Positions 52,947-64,000 of a stretch of 64,000 nucleotides of DNA are shown here, piece after piece. The notes below the pieces were generated by a model. That model did no database searches. It saw only the letters and a list, made by a program, of their open reading frames with translations, and was not told the DNA's origin. Within the stretch, counting starts at the first letter, position 1, and the number at the start of each line of letters is the position of its first letter. Both the position numbers and the translations under genes were made by a program. Origin of the DNA: Harriotta raleighana (Eukaryota); NCBI GenBank assembly GCA_050575255.1, contig JBNZDD010013718.1, forward strand, positions 5,585,611 through 5,649,610. The letters are read 5' to 3'.

Positions 52947-53067
52947 CCATTCCTTTGGTTTGGTTGAAATCTCCTTTTATTATCTTGCAGGACTTGCCGT
53001 CACCACTGCACATCCCACAGCGATCTTCTTTAGCCATAGAGCCAATGATTCCATCACAGCCAATTTT
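52947..53067 (-). CDS. ADAMTS17: ADAMTS17 exon, end of Cys-rich domain and start of spacer (121 nt, phase 0-1); not in ORF track
   Basis: taacag|AAA...ATGG|gtaagg; [40 protein letters not shown]. Confidence 0.95.
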
Positions 53068-53876
53068 CTGTTAATAATAAACAGGTGTTTCCATTATTGG
53101 CCAGAATTCACTACAAACAGCCTCCACGATTTGCTTCAGTTACAAAGCAGGAAAAAAGAAAGCCGAATATTGAGGTGGTCCCTTCGCCCAAGAATAACAT
53201 TGCTTCACTCTCCCACTGACATTAATTCTTAGATCGACAGGATATCATGAAGCAAACATAATTTGTAAGAATGATTTTCCTTTTGCAGTCTACTGACTAG
53301 AATGATTCAAATGCCTTTTGGACTATCTTATTGATTTTATAATAGGCTAAAATAAGTGGCTTGCTGGTTCATTAAAAAAAACTAAGATTTCTTCTTGAAC
53401 AGAGTTTAATGGGTGAAAATCACCTAAAGTATCAGACACACAAACTAAAATACTGCTGCAAAATAAACCAATATACATGCTGTGTAGACAGAATAATTCA
53501 ATCCATCAAATAATTCAATGAGAACAGTAGAAAATTAAATGTTTTTCCCAATGAGCCAGTCTTCACTTTCACTCAGATCTCCGAGGACTACTGATGTCAG
53601 AACAAGCCTGGCTTCTTAGTAAGGCCTGGAGGAGCAGATAAATCACTGGAGACTGGGATTCTTCCTAGTTAGCTCCTGTTAACCCTGCAAGCCAAAGCCC
53701 TAACAGATAGGGTGGTCCTTGCCAGACAAGTAGAGGGAAATTTGCCAGTGTTCGCAATTTTAGTTGTTTCTATCTTTGCTGACTTGCTACACAATTACCA
53801 ACAAATTACTTTCCCCTCCAAATAAAAGCAAGATACAGTAATTGAACCATTGCTCATCCCGTACAAATGATCAGTA

Positions 53877-54140
53877 GAGTCCCATAGCGCATTCGCCTTG
53901 TAAGCGTGAGACCTGGATTCGATTCCCAGCAGGGCAAAACCTTGAGCAAGTTATCCTTACTCCACATGCCTGGTAATGATCACTCAAGAAACAAAATAAT
54001 AAATTGGTCACTTCAATCGCTGACTGTTTACGGGACACTGCTGTGAGCAATTGGCTGCTGCATTTTGCCCACGAATATACAGTCAATTCACTTTACAGTA
54101 TGAGATGATAAGGCACTATATCAAATGCAAAGATTATTAT
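53877..54140 (+). mobile_element. tRNA-derived SINE (short form, internal deletions)
   Basis: B box ggattcgattcc; family body; aaatgcaaagattattat tail. Confidence 0.85.
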
Positions 54141-55309
54141 GTATTATAGGGCACACATTTTCTTTGTTGTTGCAATCCTGGCTGCCTAAGAATAATATCC
54201 AAACTATTGATGGTAACCTTCGTCTTCTCCTCCCACACCCCCAAAAAATAACACTTTTTTGTGATGGGGTGCCTTAGATCTGCAAACATTACAACAACAA
54301 CAAAATTACATTTGTAGAGCGCCTTTCATGTCGGGAGAACGTTCCACTGTGGGTCAAGGATAGATGGCACCTACTTTACAGCACTCATGATAAACGTTTA
54401 CTAAACCTTCTCAATCTAAACTAATTTGAGCTGAATCAATTCTACACTGCACATATGGTTTGGAAGCAAAAAAATCCATTATCATCCAAGGCCTCTGTAT
54501 AGCGCTACGGCTTCACTGGGTTAGAGCAGTATTTAGATTGCTTTCCCATAGTTTTCACCCACTTCATGGAATGAGATCTATTATTTTTTATTAGATAGCA
54601 GACAATGGGTCAACATTGCACAGGTAAGTTAATAAAATATGCATATAATTTGCCATTCGCTACACATCATAAAAAAAACCTGAGTAGAATTCAAAGTAAA
54701 ACGGGCGAAAATCATTGCCAATTGAAACAAGGGGATGCATCCATTGAGCCTGACATTCTGTCCGAAATGAAATGTGCTGCATTCCCTTTACAAGAGACAT
54801 AAGGTACTCCAGACACATCTTGGGAATAACTAATCTGCTCCCATTAAACAAGATTAAGCACTTGATCTGTCCTAGTCCTGCACACCAATCAATCACGTGT
54901 TTAACCTGAGTCAAGAACGGGCCTGCTCTGAGACACATATATATTGTAATAACTTAATCTCTTTCATATTCACTCACACAGGGCCACAGATGGGAGGTGG
55001 GGTAAGGCAAGGGGTTAACAAGGACTTGTTACTTACTGAAGAAAGGTAAAATGACAAATTAAATAGATAATTTATAGTCTGTAATGCTCATTGTGATCAA
55101 ATACGTACAGGAAAAACCTGCTATTCTCTCTCCCCAACCATAAATAATGCACATTTTTGCACGTGATTATGCTATTGGATTATTCTGTCTACACAGCATG
55201 TATATTGGTTTATATTGCAGCAGTATTTTAGTATGTGTGTCTGATACTTTAGGTGATTTTCATCCACTAAACTGTTCAAGAAGAAATCTTACAGTTTTTT
55301 TTAAAACCA

Positions 55310-55600
55310 GTGCCACATTTATTTTTAAAATGAGGACGAACTGGACACCAGTTTGTATGCTAGCCAGTAATACTGTAGATCCAAATGGGAATTTAGGATG
55401 AACTTATTTACACAGTGGTGGTAAGAAGGTGGAACTCACTGATGGAATATGCAGTTGAATCAGAAAGCTTCCCATTTGAGAGGGGAATGGGGTGCGTGTG
55501 AAAGAATAGGAGGAAGGAATAGGAGGGCTGGATAAGGGGTATAAACACTGAGCCAATCATCCTGTTTCTGTACTGTATAGTTGTTTCTATGTAATGTATT
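55310..55600 (+). mobile_element. Degenerate CR1 3' fragment
   Basis: tttacacagtggtggtaagaaggtggaactcact (F.QRVV..WNSL region) and cctgtttctgtactgta tail. Confidence 0.6.
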
Positions 55601-55965
55601 GATGCTTAATGTCCTTCAGATTTTCTTGTTCGGCCTCCGTACATTCTTTCATCCTTCAATGCTAACTCAGGGTGAGAGATCTCCCTGCTTCGAATCATGG
55701 GTGGAACTTCCATATTTGCACAGAATTAAATGAAACTGCACCACCGAAGCATTTAACAACAATGAACAACTTGAGAAAACTGCACACAGGCTGGCAGATA
55801 TTCAGCATAACAGAATCTGGCAATTTTGTCTTTATCAATAGTGAATAATGACGGTGGAGGTGATGGGGAACGAGGCTCATGTACATGCACATTTCATACA
55901 ATATCAATTGTTAGAAAGACAGAATAAAAGACATATCTCTCTCCCTTGCTCCAACTATCACTATA

Positions 55966-56063
55966 TCAGGTGGGATTTCATGGTCTTAGCTCAACCACCT
56001 AGGTTCATCCACCTAGGAGGACGAACCTAGGTGGTTGAGCTAAGATCATGAAATCCCACCTGA
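55966..56063. repeat. 98-bp near-perfect palindrome with no spacer
   Basis: 49-bp arms with 3 mismatched pairs, centred on cct|agg at 56014/56015. Confidence 0.95.
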
Positions 56064-57326
56064 AACTGCACCACCGAAGCATTCAACAACAATGAACAAC
56101 CTAGGAGGATGAACCTGGCTCCACAGTGTAAAACCACCCACAAATGTCCACTTGTATAAAATGTCAAGCAAACATAATTCAGAACTTTTTCCAATCTCCT
56201 TGGTCAGGCAATAACATCCCCACCCACACGTAGGAAAGGTGAACCCTTCCCAGAGGCTGAACAACTCTTGCTCTGTCACAGGGAAGCTTTCTGTTTCTGA
56301 GGTTTTAATGAAAGCTACAATCCGCACAATTGCCAGCACCAGTACTGACTGTCAGAACAGGAGCTTTCTTGGTAAATAAAGTGCAACTCTTAATCAGGTA
56401 AATAAGTGAGAAACACCATTTGTAACTTAAAGTAAATAAATGTAGTGCGACATTTATAGACGGCAATTATTATCACATTGCTAAAGTCTAACGTTTTATC
56501 TCAGAACTTTTATCTCGAGATTATTTGCTTGAGCTGCAAGGTACAGGTGACAACTCTATTTACACCTGTTCCAAAAACATCCTGTAAATATTACTATTAA
56601 TATTCCATCAAATGGTTTCAATAAGATAGCAAGTGGTTCCATTGAAGCATTTAACTCTACTTTTCTTAGACAGCTGGCAGGAGACACAGAACATGTGTCT
56701 ATATTAACACTGTGGAAGGAAAATGCCCTCTCGCTATTCACAACAGATTGTTTCCATCTCAGAACCATATCACGCAATTTCAGGCTTTGGATGACAGAAG
56801 GTGACTTGATCATTATACAATCAGTGTTTTAAAGGATTCCATATGGTATAGCTCACTCTTCTACAAAAAAAAACTGTTTATATAGAAAACTTGCACATAT
56901 GTGGAGAAGAGAGGCCTTAATTAAACAACAACAAAAAAAATTACATTTGTATAGTGCCTTTCATGTCAGGAGGACGTCCCATATTTTAAAGGTTATTGCT
57001 GAGGGTAGCATGCACCACACAAGACGTGAAGTCAGTGGTGACTTAAAGACCTGGAAATGCTGACTGGCAGCCATTTTTAGCATGCCCTGATATGAGTTGA
57101 CACAGGTTTAATGACCCAAGCCACATTAGAACAAGGTCCGGCTGCAGCTGTAGATTAACAACAAACTTCCAAGATGCTTTCTCTGTGTTAACATCAGATG
57201 GAACAGTCAGTATGAAGGGCAAAAAAACACTAGGAAGATATGGTACTCATCTTTCCAAAGCCAAAGAGTAACATGGGTGCTGTTAATGACTGCAAGGAAA
57301 AACATTCTTTGGAATGTGACACTCAC

Positions 57327-57454
57327 CTGGCACTTGCCATTCACACACAGGTCAGTCTCATAGGGTCCACAAGGAGTTCCATCAAGGACACGTTGAGTTA
57401 CCAGGATTGTGGATTCTTTTCCAAAAGCAGAGCAAAATAAGGCACACGGCTTGT
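57327..57454 (-). CDS. ADAMTS17: ADAMTS17 exon, Cys-rich domain (128 nt, phase 1-0); not in ORF track
   Basis: ttgcag|AC...CAG|gtgagt; [43 protein letters not shown]. Confidence 0.95.
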
Positions 57455-59356
57455 CTGCAACAGAAACAGGCTGCTCTGATTAGCACAGGCACGTATGAGG
57501 ATAAGTGCTTCATGGATATACAAACAAAGAGAAAAGTGCAACTTGGAGAACAAATAAATTACAATGGGGACAAAATTAGAGTAAATATGCTTTGAAATCC
57601 CTTAACTCCCTCCGACCTCCCAATACTGGTAGCAGATAAACTGAAAAAATAATGCAAACTTGTATTTTGGTTGTCCACTAGTTAGGTTGCTGTTTTAGAA
57701 GCGGGAACAGATGTGGGGTTGAATGAAGTATAATGGAGGGGAACAGCGAGGTGGGAGCTCATGTGGAATACAAGAACTGGCGTAGACTAGTTGAGAGAAA
57801 TAGCCTGTTTCTATTCCGTATCACTCGATGTAACTAGCTGTCAGATGTGACCTTACTGACTGTCGATTTATTTAAGACATTATCCAGTAAAGCAGTTTAG
57901 AAAGGCCAAAATCCACCATCTGAGTTTCCAATTTAGGCCCACCCAAAAACTTCATAATGCGGCCTGACCATATTTAGAGTCTGCCGGGCAATTAGTGGAA
58001 ATTCTTCTCTGTTGGCTACGTGTGCCCGATATTATTTTGTTCTGCAAGGAATACCTGTCTCATTCAGTCGTGAACTCAATGGCTTTGGTTAGTGCTCCAT
58101 GCAACCAATGCCTTCAAAAGAGAAAAGCAAACAAACAACCTCATATTTTCACTAATTCCAAAAGGAAAACAGCCCACTATCTCAAAACCTCAGTCCAAGT
58201 AAAGTATACTGGAGCACTTTGAAAAATGGAGTATTGAAATTGTCCAGATCAACTGAACATGAACATGGGTTAGGTGGGGGGGAATTAAACAAACAGAAGA
58301 TGTCCTTTGGGCTAGCATGGTTGATCCCAGATTATTTCTTGTCCTACGACTGTTCTATGCATTTTCCGTTACAACCAAGTTCATAACTCTGACCAGCCTC
58401 TCCACAAACAATCACTGCGTGGGCAACAGCTGTGGTTGAACCAGTTCTGACACTTGGAATAGCTTGTTACTGGAAAATAAGCTGCTCATGTAAACACATT
58501 CAGAGACCGGCACCGCTACGAAACAAATCTGACATCCAATTCTGTGGTTAATGGTGAAAGCATTTATTGGCTCCTAAAACATGCTTTCAGACAGCGTAGT
58601 AGCTAGAAAATTAATGTGTTTTTTTAGAAAATGTATGACCCAGTAAACTTTTTTCTATTACATGTAATGGCCAAAAATGCCATCATATGGAGATATATTT
58701 TTTCCGCTCCCTCTTTGCCAATTTCCTCCTCTCCTTAATGTCTGCAACTCCTTTTCCTTCTGCGTGGATGAGTTCCATGTTCATCAGCACTATCCTGGAC
58801 CTCACCCTCACAATTACAATCACTGATCATGTGTGAGCCACAATGTGTGTGAAGTTGTGGGTCATTCAGCAAAGTTGTGGTGGAGGGGTGGTGGGAGGGC
58901 GAGGGGGCGTGTTTGTAAAGAAACTAAATAGAAATGAACAATGACTGTAAACAATCAGCGACAGACCATATGGAGATACACAGCAGGAATCGTTTCCAAA
59001 ATCATTCTGATAACTTGCAGTGAAAATGCAAACTGCTACCAATTTGTGCCGATAGGTGCCAAGGGCACGGTTTCAGCTGAAGAGACAAGAGAACTTTTGG
59101 CACCAAAACCTGATCGATGTTTTTGAAATTCAGCGCTGCGTCCGCACTCACACTGCGCTTTTGCAGTGAAATTGGATGCTTTCCCCTGCCAGCCATGCAG
59201 CTCAAACAACCGGATAGACAGCAGAAACCATGCCACAGCCCTAATGGGAATTACACAAGTGCAGTGCGGAGGGCAGGTGTGGATTGTACTGAGCTCATTT
59301 GACCACAAGATCATTGAAAATTTCGGGTACTTCAACAGGCAACACAAGAACTTGAA

Positions 59357-59675
59357 TATTAATAATAATCTTTGCATTTGATATAGCGCTTTTCACGACT
59401 TCTAGACGTCTCAAAGCACTTCACAGAATAAACTGTGAAGTGAAGTGACGGTATATTGGTGGTCGAAATGCGGCAGCCAATTGCACACAGCAGTTTCCAC
59501 AAACCGTGATGGATTGAAATGACCAATTTATTACTGTTTTTAGGCAATCAGGCATGTGTGTTTTTTGAGGGAATCAGATATGTGGAGTAAGGAAACTTGC
59601 CCAAGATGTCGCCCTGTCTGGAATTGAACCCATGTCTCTCCTTTGCACGGGATGAGCAATGGTTCAATTACTGTA
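59357..59675 (-). mobile_element. tRNA-derived SINE (head degenerate)
   Basis: Family tail and body; B box gggttcaattcc on the minus strand. Confidence 0.85.
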
Positions 59676-59680
59676 TTCTC

Positions 59681-60906
59681 GTGCTATGTGATTTCAATAG
59701 CACTCTTCTTGGGGATAAGATGGAATCAGCACAAGACATGTTGCACCTTACAGAGTCAATTAAAGAGTCATTAATGAGTTATTAGAGTCAACTGGAGGAA
59801 CAAAACCGCAACCAATCCAGGTCACAATTTCTACTCTGAAGGCTTCGTTGGCAGTAATTTCTCAGTTTGAATGGTGCAACCTGTTGTTCCTTAGCCTTGC
59901 ATTGAGTCAAGTGTATTCAAGGACATTATCAGGATCAGACAGCAGTTTGCAAATAAAGGTCATCTGCTGAATTAATGAGCAGTTCAGATTGCCCTGGTCC
60001 TTACACTGCATTTATCAAATGGAACAGTTTTATGAATTTTAGCAAATACAGATGAACAACATCCAGCATCCTAATCACTAGGCCTGTAACTTCCTCAAAG
60101 AAATACAGTAAATTTGTTTGATCACCTCTGCCATCAAAAGACTTGCTAACGCACCAACACGTCCCCTTGAAGATGATCGCCTGTGTCTCAGTGTCTCATT
60201 GTATTTTAGACAATCAATTTGAGAATTATAGGTCTGTCATTGGATGTTAATCCTTAGCCCCCTTTTTTTTCCCAAAAAAAAGATAGGAGGCACATTTGTG
60301 AGTTCTCAAAGTTGATTTACCCCTCTCCCTAGAAGAGCGAACTTGGAAAAAATATCCAAGAGGATACAATCATCTGAACTTATTCCTTCACTACCCTGGG
60401 GGAACGTATGTCAGTCTCTTGAGCCTCATCTCGTTTGCATTTCTGCAACAATCCCAATAAGTTGTCTCTTCTGATATTGCAGGGTGTCTACACTCACTAT
60501 GAAACTCAAGTATGTCTTTTGTTCGCTCCAAGTCCTGAGAATGTGCACATTATTACTTACAGCGATACTGTCCAGGTGTAGTGGGCTTGTGTTATTCCAC
60601 GTGGTTCTGATAGTATTTCTCTCAATAACCATTAGTATTATTCCTGGCTGGTTTAGAACGTGCAGCTAAGTTACTTCTTCAACCCAAAGCATCATTGCAG
60701 GAGCCTAACAAAAAGTTTAACTTTGGGCCACATGGATAGAATCCAAAATACAATCAAACCAAGTCAAGATTCAAAGGGGAATATTAATCTGAATTGCTCA
60801 TACATTCTGCAGATGGTCTTGTTTACAAAGTGCTGTGTGATTTCAACAGATAGCACTCTTCATTGGGATAAGTTGGAGTCAGCACAAGACACGTTACACC
60901 TTACAG
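59681..60906. repeat. Dispersed ~75-bp direct repeat (59681-59753 and 60830-60906)
   Basis: gtgct.tgtgatttcaa(cag)atagcactcttc.t.gggataag.tgga.tcagcacaagaca.gtt.caccttacag. Confidence 0.85.
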
Positions 60907-61633
60907 CGCTGTTAAATCACTGCCAATGCCACCCCCGGAATATAACAGGACAAACTCATAAATCAGCAATCATACAATACAGCTTCAGGCCAGACAGATT
61001 TCTTCAGAAAGAACATGTAAATGTACTGTACTACGAAAATCATACAGTGCCTGGAAGTGAATTAATGTGGAATTTGCATTTTTGGCATATGCCAATGGGT
61101 AAATGTAATGAAGATTTAATGCTGACTGGGAACCGTCAACAAAGCTCCAGGACACTCAGTGACTTCAAAGCTGGCGTAAAATGCCTAAACGTTCAGCTTC
61201 AACCCTGCGGCTGAACTGCAGTTTTGCTTTCCTCTCTTCCCTCTCCAAGCCACTTCATGTTTCTTAATAATGTCTTGTTTTGTGGGTTTTGTTTGCACCA
61301 TTATTATGTTGGGGTGAACCTCTATGAGCATGAGTAAATATTGTAATGGAACTACCCATTGTTAATGTGACAGCAGAACAAGATCTCTTGTGGTGTAGAG
61401 CAAGGGCACTATTGGTGAGGCAGAAAACACTGTCAGAAAAAGTGGGAGCGACTCACTTGAAGAATACTAAACATAATGTTGGAATCATCCGAATCCGATA
61501 GTTTTACAAGATCAAAGGATTACCTAGATAGACACTTGCATATTAAAGCAAATGGAAACAATATAGGAGGACTGGGTCTTATATTTGATTGATCAATACA
61601 CTTTCAGTCGTTGAAAGAAATAGATTTGTTTAC

Positions 61634-61800
61634 CATCATTGAGCACTGCTGTCCAGTGCTTTCTCTTCTTATAACCTTGTCTGTCTCGAGACTGGCATTG
61701 CTGATCTCTGAAACTGGACATCCCTTTTAAGCAGGGCGAGTTTTCACACACTTTGTGCTCCACACTGGCTCTCTCGCAACTCTTTCCTCCAGGCCCAGGG
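61634..61800 (-). CDS. ADAMTS17: ADAMTS17 exon, end of TSR1 and start of Cys-rich domain (167 nt, phase 2-1)
   Basis: actag|CCCT...GATG|gtaaac; [55 protein letters not shown]. Confidence 0.95.
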
Positions 61801-62993
61801 CTAGTCAATACAAAGCATCATCAAACCAGTTATTAGATGGAGCCACATAAATCAGCTCACCACAATTACACCGGCTTCCTCTCTCTCAATCTAAAATCAG
61901 TTATTCCACATCTCAAAATGAAGTTTGCACATGTTTTCTCATTGCTTCCTGTGGATACATTTTTTTCTATTTCATTTCAAGTTCCCATGATAATTAAAGA
62001 AGGATAGTTCTGTGCATTTTAAGATCATTCCGAGCATTTGAACCCTTACTTTTCTTTATTAAATATTTAGCAATGGCCAAAGCAGCAATTTAACTGTTGG
62101 AAAACATTCTCAAGGACTCTAGATTGGGAGGGGGTTACTCAGCCAGAGATTCTAATCATATTCCAATAGCATTCTTGATCATGATCCAGAGACCCCATGC
62201 TGGAAGGTGTATATATTGCCGACATTAGGTGAGGATCATTAGGTGAGGATCAGCCTCAGTTTTGTTATTCCTGCCTCTCCACAGTTGAAATGACTCCAAA
62301 AACCATTGAAACACACATGGAAAATGGTTACTTGGGTGCAGGACTGGGTCCCCATGGAATCATTATTGTAAAACGGAAAAGGAATCAACCCAAATCAGGA
62401 AAGGACGAGAGGACAAAATTGGAGGAGAAAAATTGGCCCAATTATATTACATAGTTTGTGTCAATTCAATTGCTTTCCATGTTGACTGAATGCTGGGAGT
62501 GCAACAGAACAGCAGCGGAACCGACAGCAACTAGATTTATAATATTGCTGCAAAACCATTTCAAAATCAAATCGATTCGCTTTTGTTGCAGTGGATGTAG
62601 GAACTATTTAGAGAGCCAGTCACACTCCTGGGCTTTTTAATAGCATGAAAAATTTGCAGAAGGTTTTGGCTGGTTAGGTAGTTGCACACGTGCTGAGTTT
62701 GACTTATCATGGACTCAGAGTGAATTGAAGTAGGCAGCATAACTGCAATATCCCTGAGTTATTTTACTACAAGCGCTGGTTCAGATCCGCTTGAAACATA
62801 AATGCTTGAAATAAGTAGGTTTCTTTCTGCAGCACATGCAATTGCCTTAATTATCAAGGAAATCCTGCAAGGCATTCTTAGCTTTGAACACCGTTGTACA
62901 CTTTGGCAAATGCAGAGAGCTCATAATTACAGCATCACAGTAAGAAATCACAGTCTGTTTACAAACAGAGCCAAACTAGTCACAGTAACTTAC

Positions 62994-63139
62994 GGCGGAT
63001 TGTCGCATTTTCTTTGCCTGAACCTTGCTCCGGTTCCACAAGTCCTGCTGCACATACTCCACTGGCTCCAAGTGCTCCAGTCTCCATCGACATGCTCTGG
63101 GATTGGAGTTTTGCTTACACACTCCCCTGCTCTGCACCA
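62994..63139 (-). CDS. ADAMTS17: ADAMTS17 exon, end of disintegrin-like domain and start of TSR1 (146 nt, phase 0-2)
   Basis: ttaag|TGG...CC|gtaag; [48 protein letters not shown], with WxxWxxW and CSRTCG TSR motifs. Confidence 0.96.
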
Positions 63140-63844
63140 CTTAATCACAGCGAAAGGCATGCAAAGAATAAACAAATATACACAAACACACGCGCACACA
63201 CAAGGCGTTTGTCTAATGTTCTCTTTGTTGTGGTTCAACGCTTCAGGCAGCTACAGGAATAGCTGTGCCAACAGAGAAGCAAAATCACATGTGAATGTGG
63301 AAATTTCTCATTCAATTCCTCACTGCCTTTTGTAGTCTTCACTGGAGAATGCTACTTGGTGTCTGTTTTAATAAAGCACAGACATCCCTGAACCTAATGT
63401 ACACTTGAGCAAACACAGCATGACACTGCAACAACTCACATTTATACAGCAACCCTCACCCAAGGTAGCATCCCAGAGCGCTTGAGAGTGGCAGAGCACG
63501 ATACTAGAAGTTGATCTAAGATTTCTGAGATGCTAACCTGTGTGAAGGGCATTCTATAAATCCAAGTTGTTGTTGTTATCTCTTCTCAATTTCAGATGAA
63601 GCATTTGACCCCATGACAAGAGTTCAGTCTAATAACATGATCGAGATCTGAGAAACTTGCTCTAATTTCATTCAATGATGGCATTTGGTGTGGATCCATT
63701 AGCGGCAATGCAATTTCTTCTCATCAGAGGTTCAGTACTGTTCTTACTTGGAAGCACGCACCCATTAGCATTACGCTTTGATCCCTCATGTTGTGAACTG
63801 AAAAGATTATTTTTAAATGAAACTTTACACATTTTTAAACTTAC

Positions 63845-63946
63845 CTTATCAGCGCCACATTCTGTACCATCCAGCGGGGGATCCAGCTTGGTTTTACATG
63901 ATGTGTCCCCTTCCACTAAACACCACAAGCCAGCACACATGAAATG
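63845..63946 (-). CDS. ADAMTS17: ADAMTS17 exon, disintegrin-like domain (102 nt, phase 0-0)
   Basis: ttcag|CAT...AAG|gtaag; [34 protein letters not shown]. Confidence 0.96.
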
Positions 63947-64000
63947 CTGAAATCAAAGGAAAATTTGATGTGAAATTCTATTTCAGGCCATAACGGTTTC

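Larger units (their letters stand above)
15324..63946 (-). other. ADAMTS17: ADAMTS17 gene, 3' portion (13 coding exons; 5' exons lie beyond the right edge)
   Basis: Spliced exons give one 628-aa open frame with ADAMTS ancillary architecture. Peptides such as [52 protein letters not shown] and [36 protein letters not shown] match my recall of ADAMTS17, not the paralogue ADAMTS19 (KLDPPMDGTDC). Confidence 0.96.

Noticed and set aside
60660-61214. 184-aa plus-strand ORF, the longest in the window
   Set aside because: GTG start, antisense intronic, no motif; it includes one copy of the 75-bp repeat.
62802-63335. 177-aa plus-strand ORF
   Set aside because: Antisense shadow of the ADAMTS17 TSR1 exon; the ORFs at 36627-37064 and 63675-63950 are similar shadows.
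15324-63946. Alternative identity as ADAMTS19
   Set aside because: Diagnostic peptides ([45 protein letters not shown]) fit ADAMTS17 as I recall it; reciprocal BLASTP would confirm.

Overview
This is AT-rich vertebrate genomic DNA, not prokaryotic. The repeat content (L2/CR1 LINEs, Deu-domain SINEs) suggests a cartilaginous fish, but that is inference only. The window holds the 3' two-thirds of ADAMTS17 on the minus strand. I read 13 coding exons by hand between 63946 and the TAA stop at 15324. All are GT-AG bounded and phase-compatible, splicing to 1887 nt (628 aa plus stop): end of the disintegrin-like domain, TSR1, Cys-rich, spacer, TSR2-5 and PLAC. One is an 81-nt symmetric spacer exon. 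A probable ~3.1 kb 3'UTR follows, and 1-12 kb shows no recognisable exon. Introns are full of tRNA-headed SINEs, degenerate L2/CR1 fragments and two Tigger-like MITEs. Almost all ORF-track entries are noise or overlap exons or LINE debris. I found no convincing new biological system. The best leads are: a 98-bp spacerless palindrome inside a templated-rearrangement patch (55.7-56.1 kb); a ~590-bp fold-back element nested inside a second inverted pair (19.1-22.8 kb); a MITE-SINE-MITE unit next to the 81-nt exon; and a SINE that appears to have swapped its LINE-derived tail. Exon coordinates were counted by hand; repeat boundaries are approximate and family names are from recall, not a database search.
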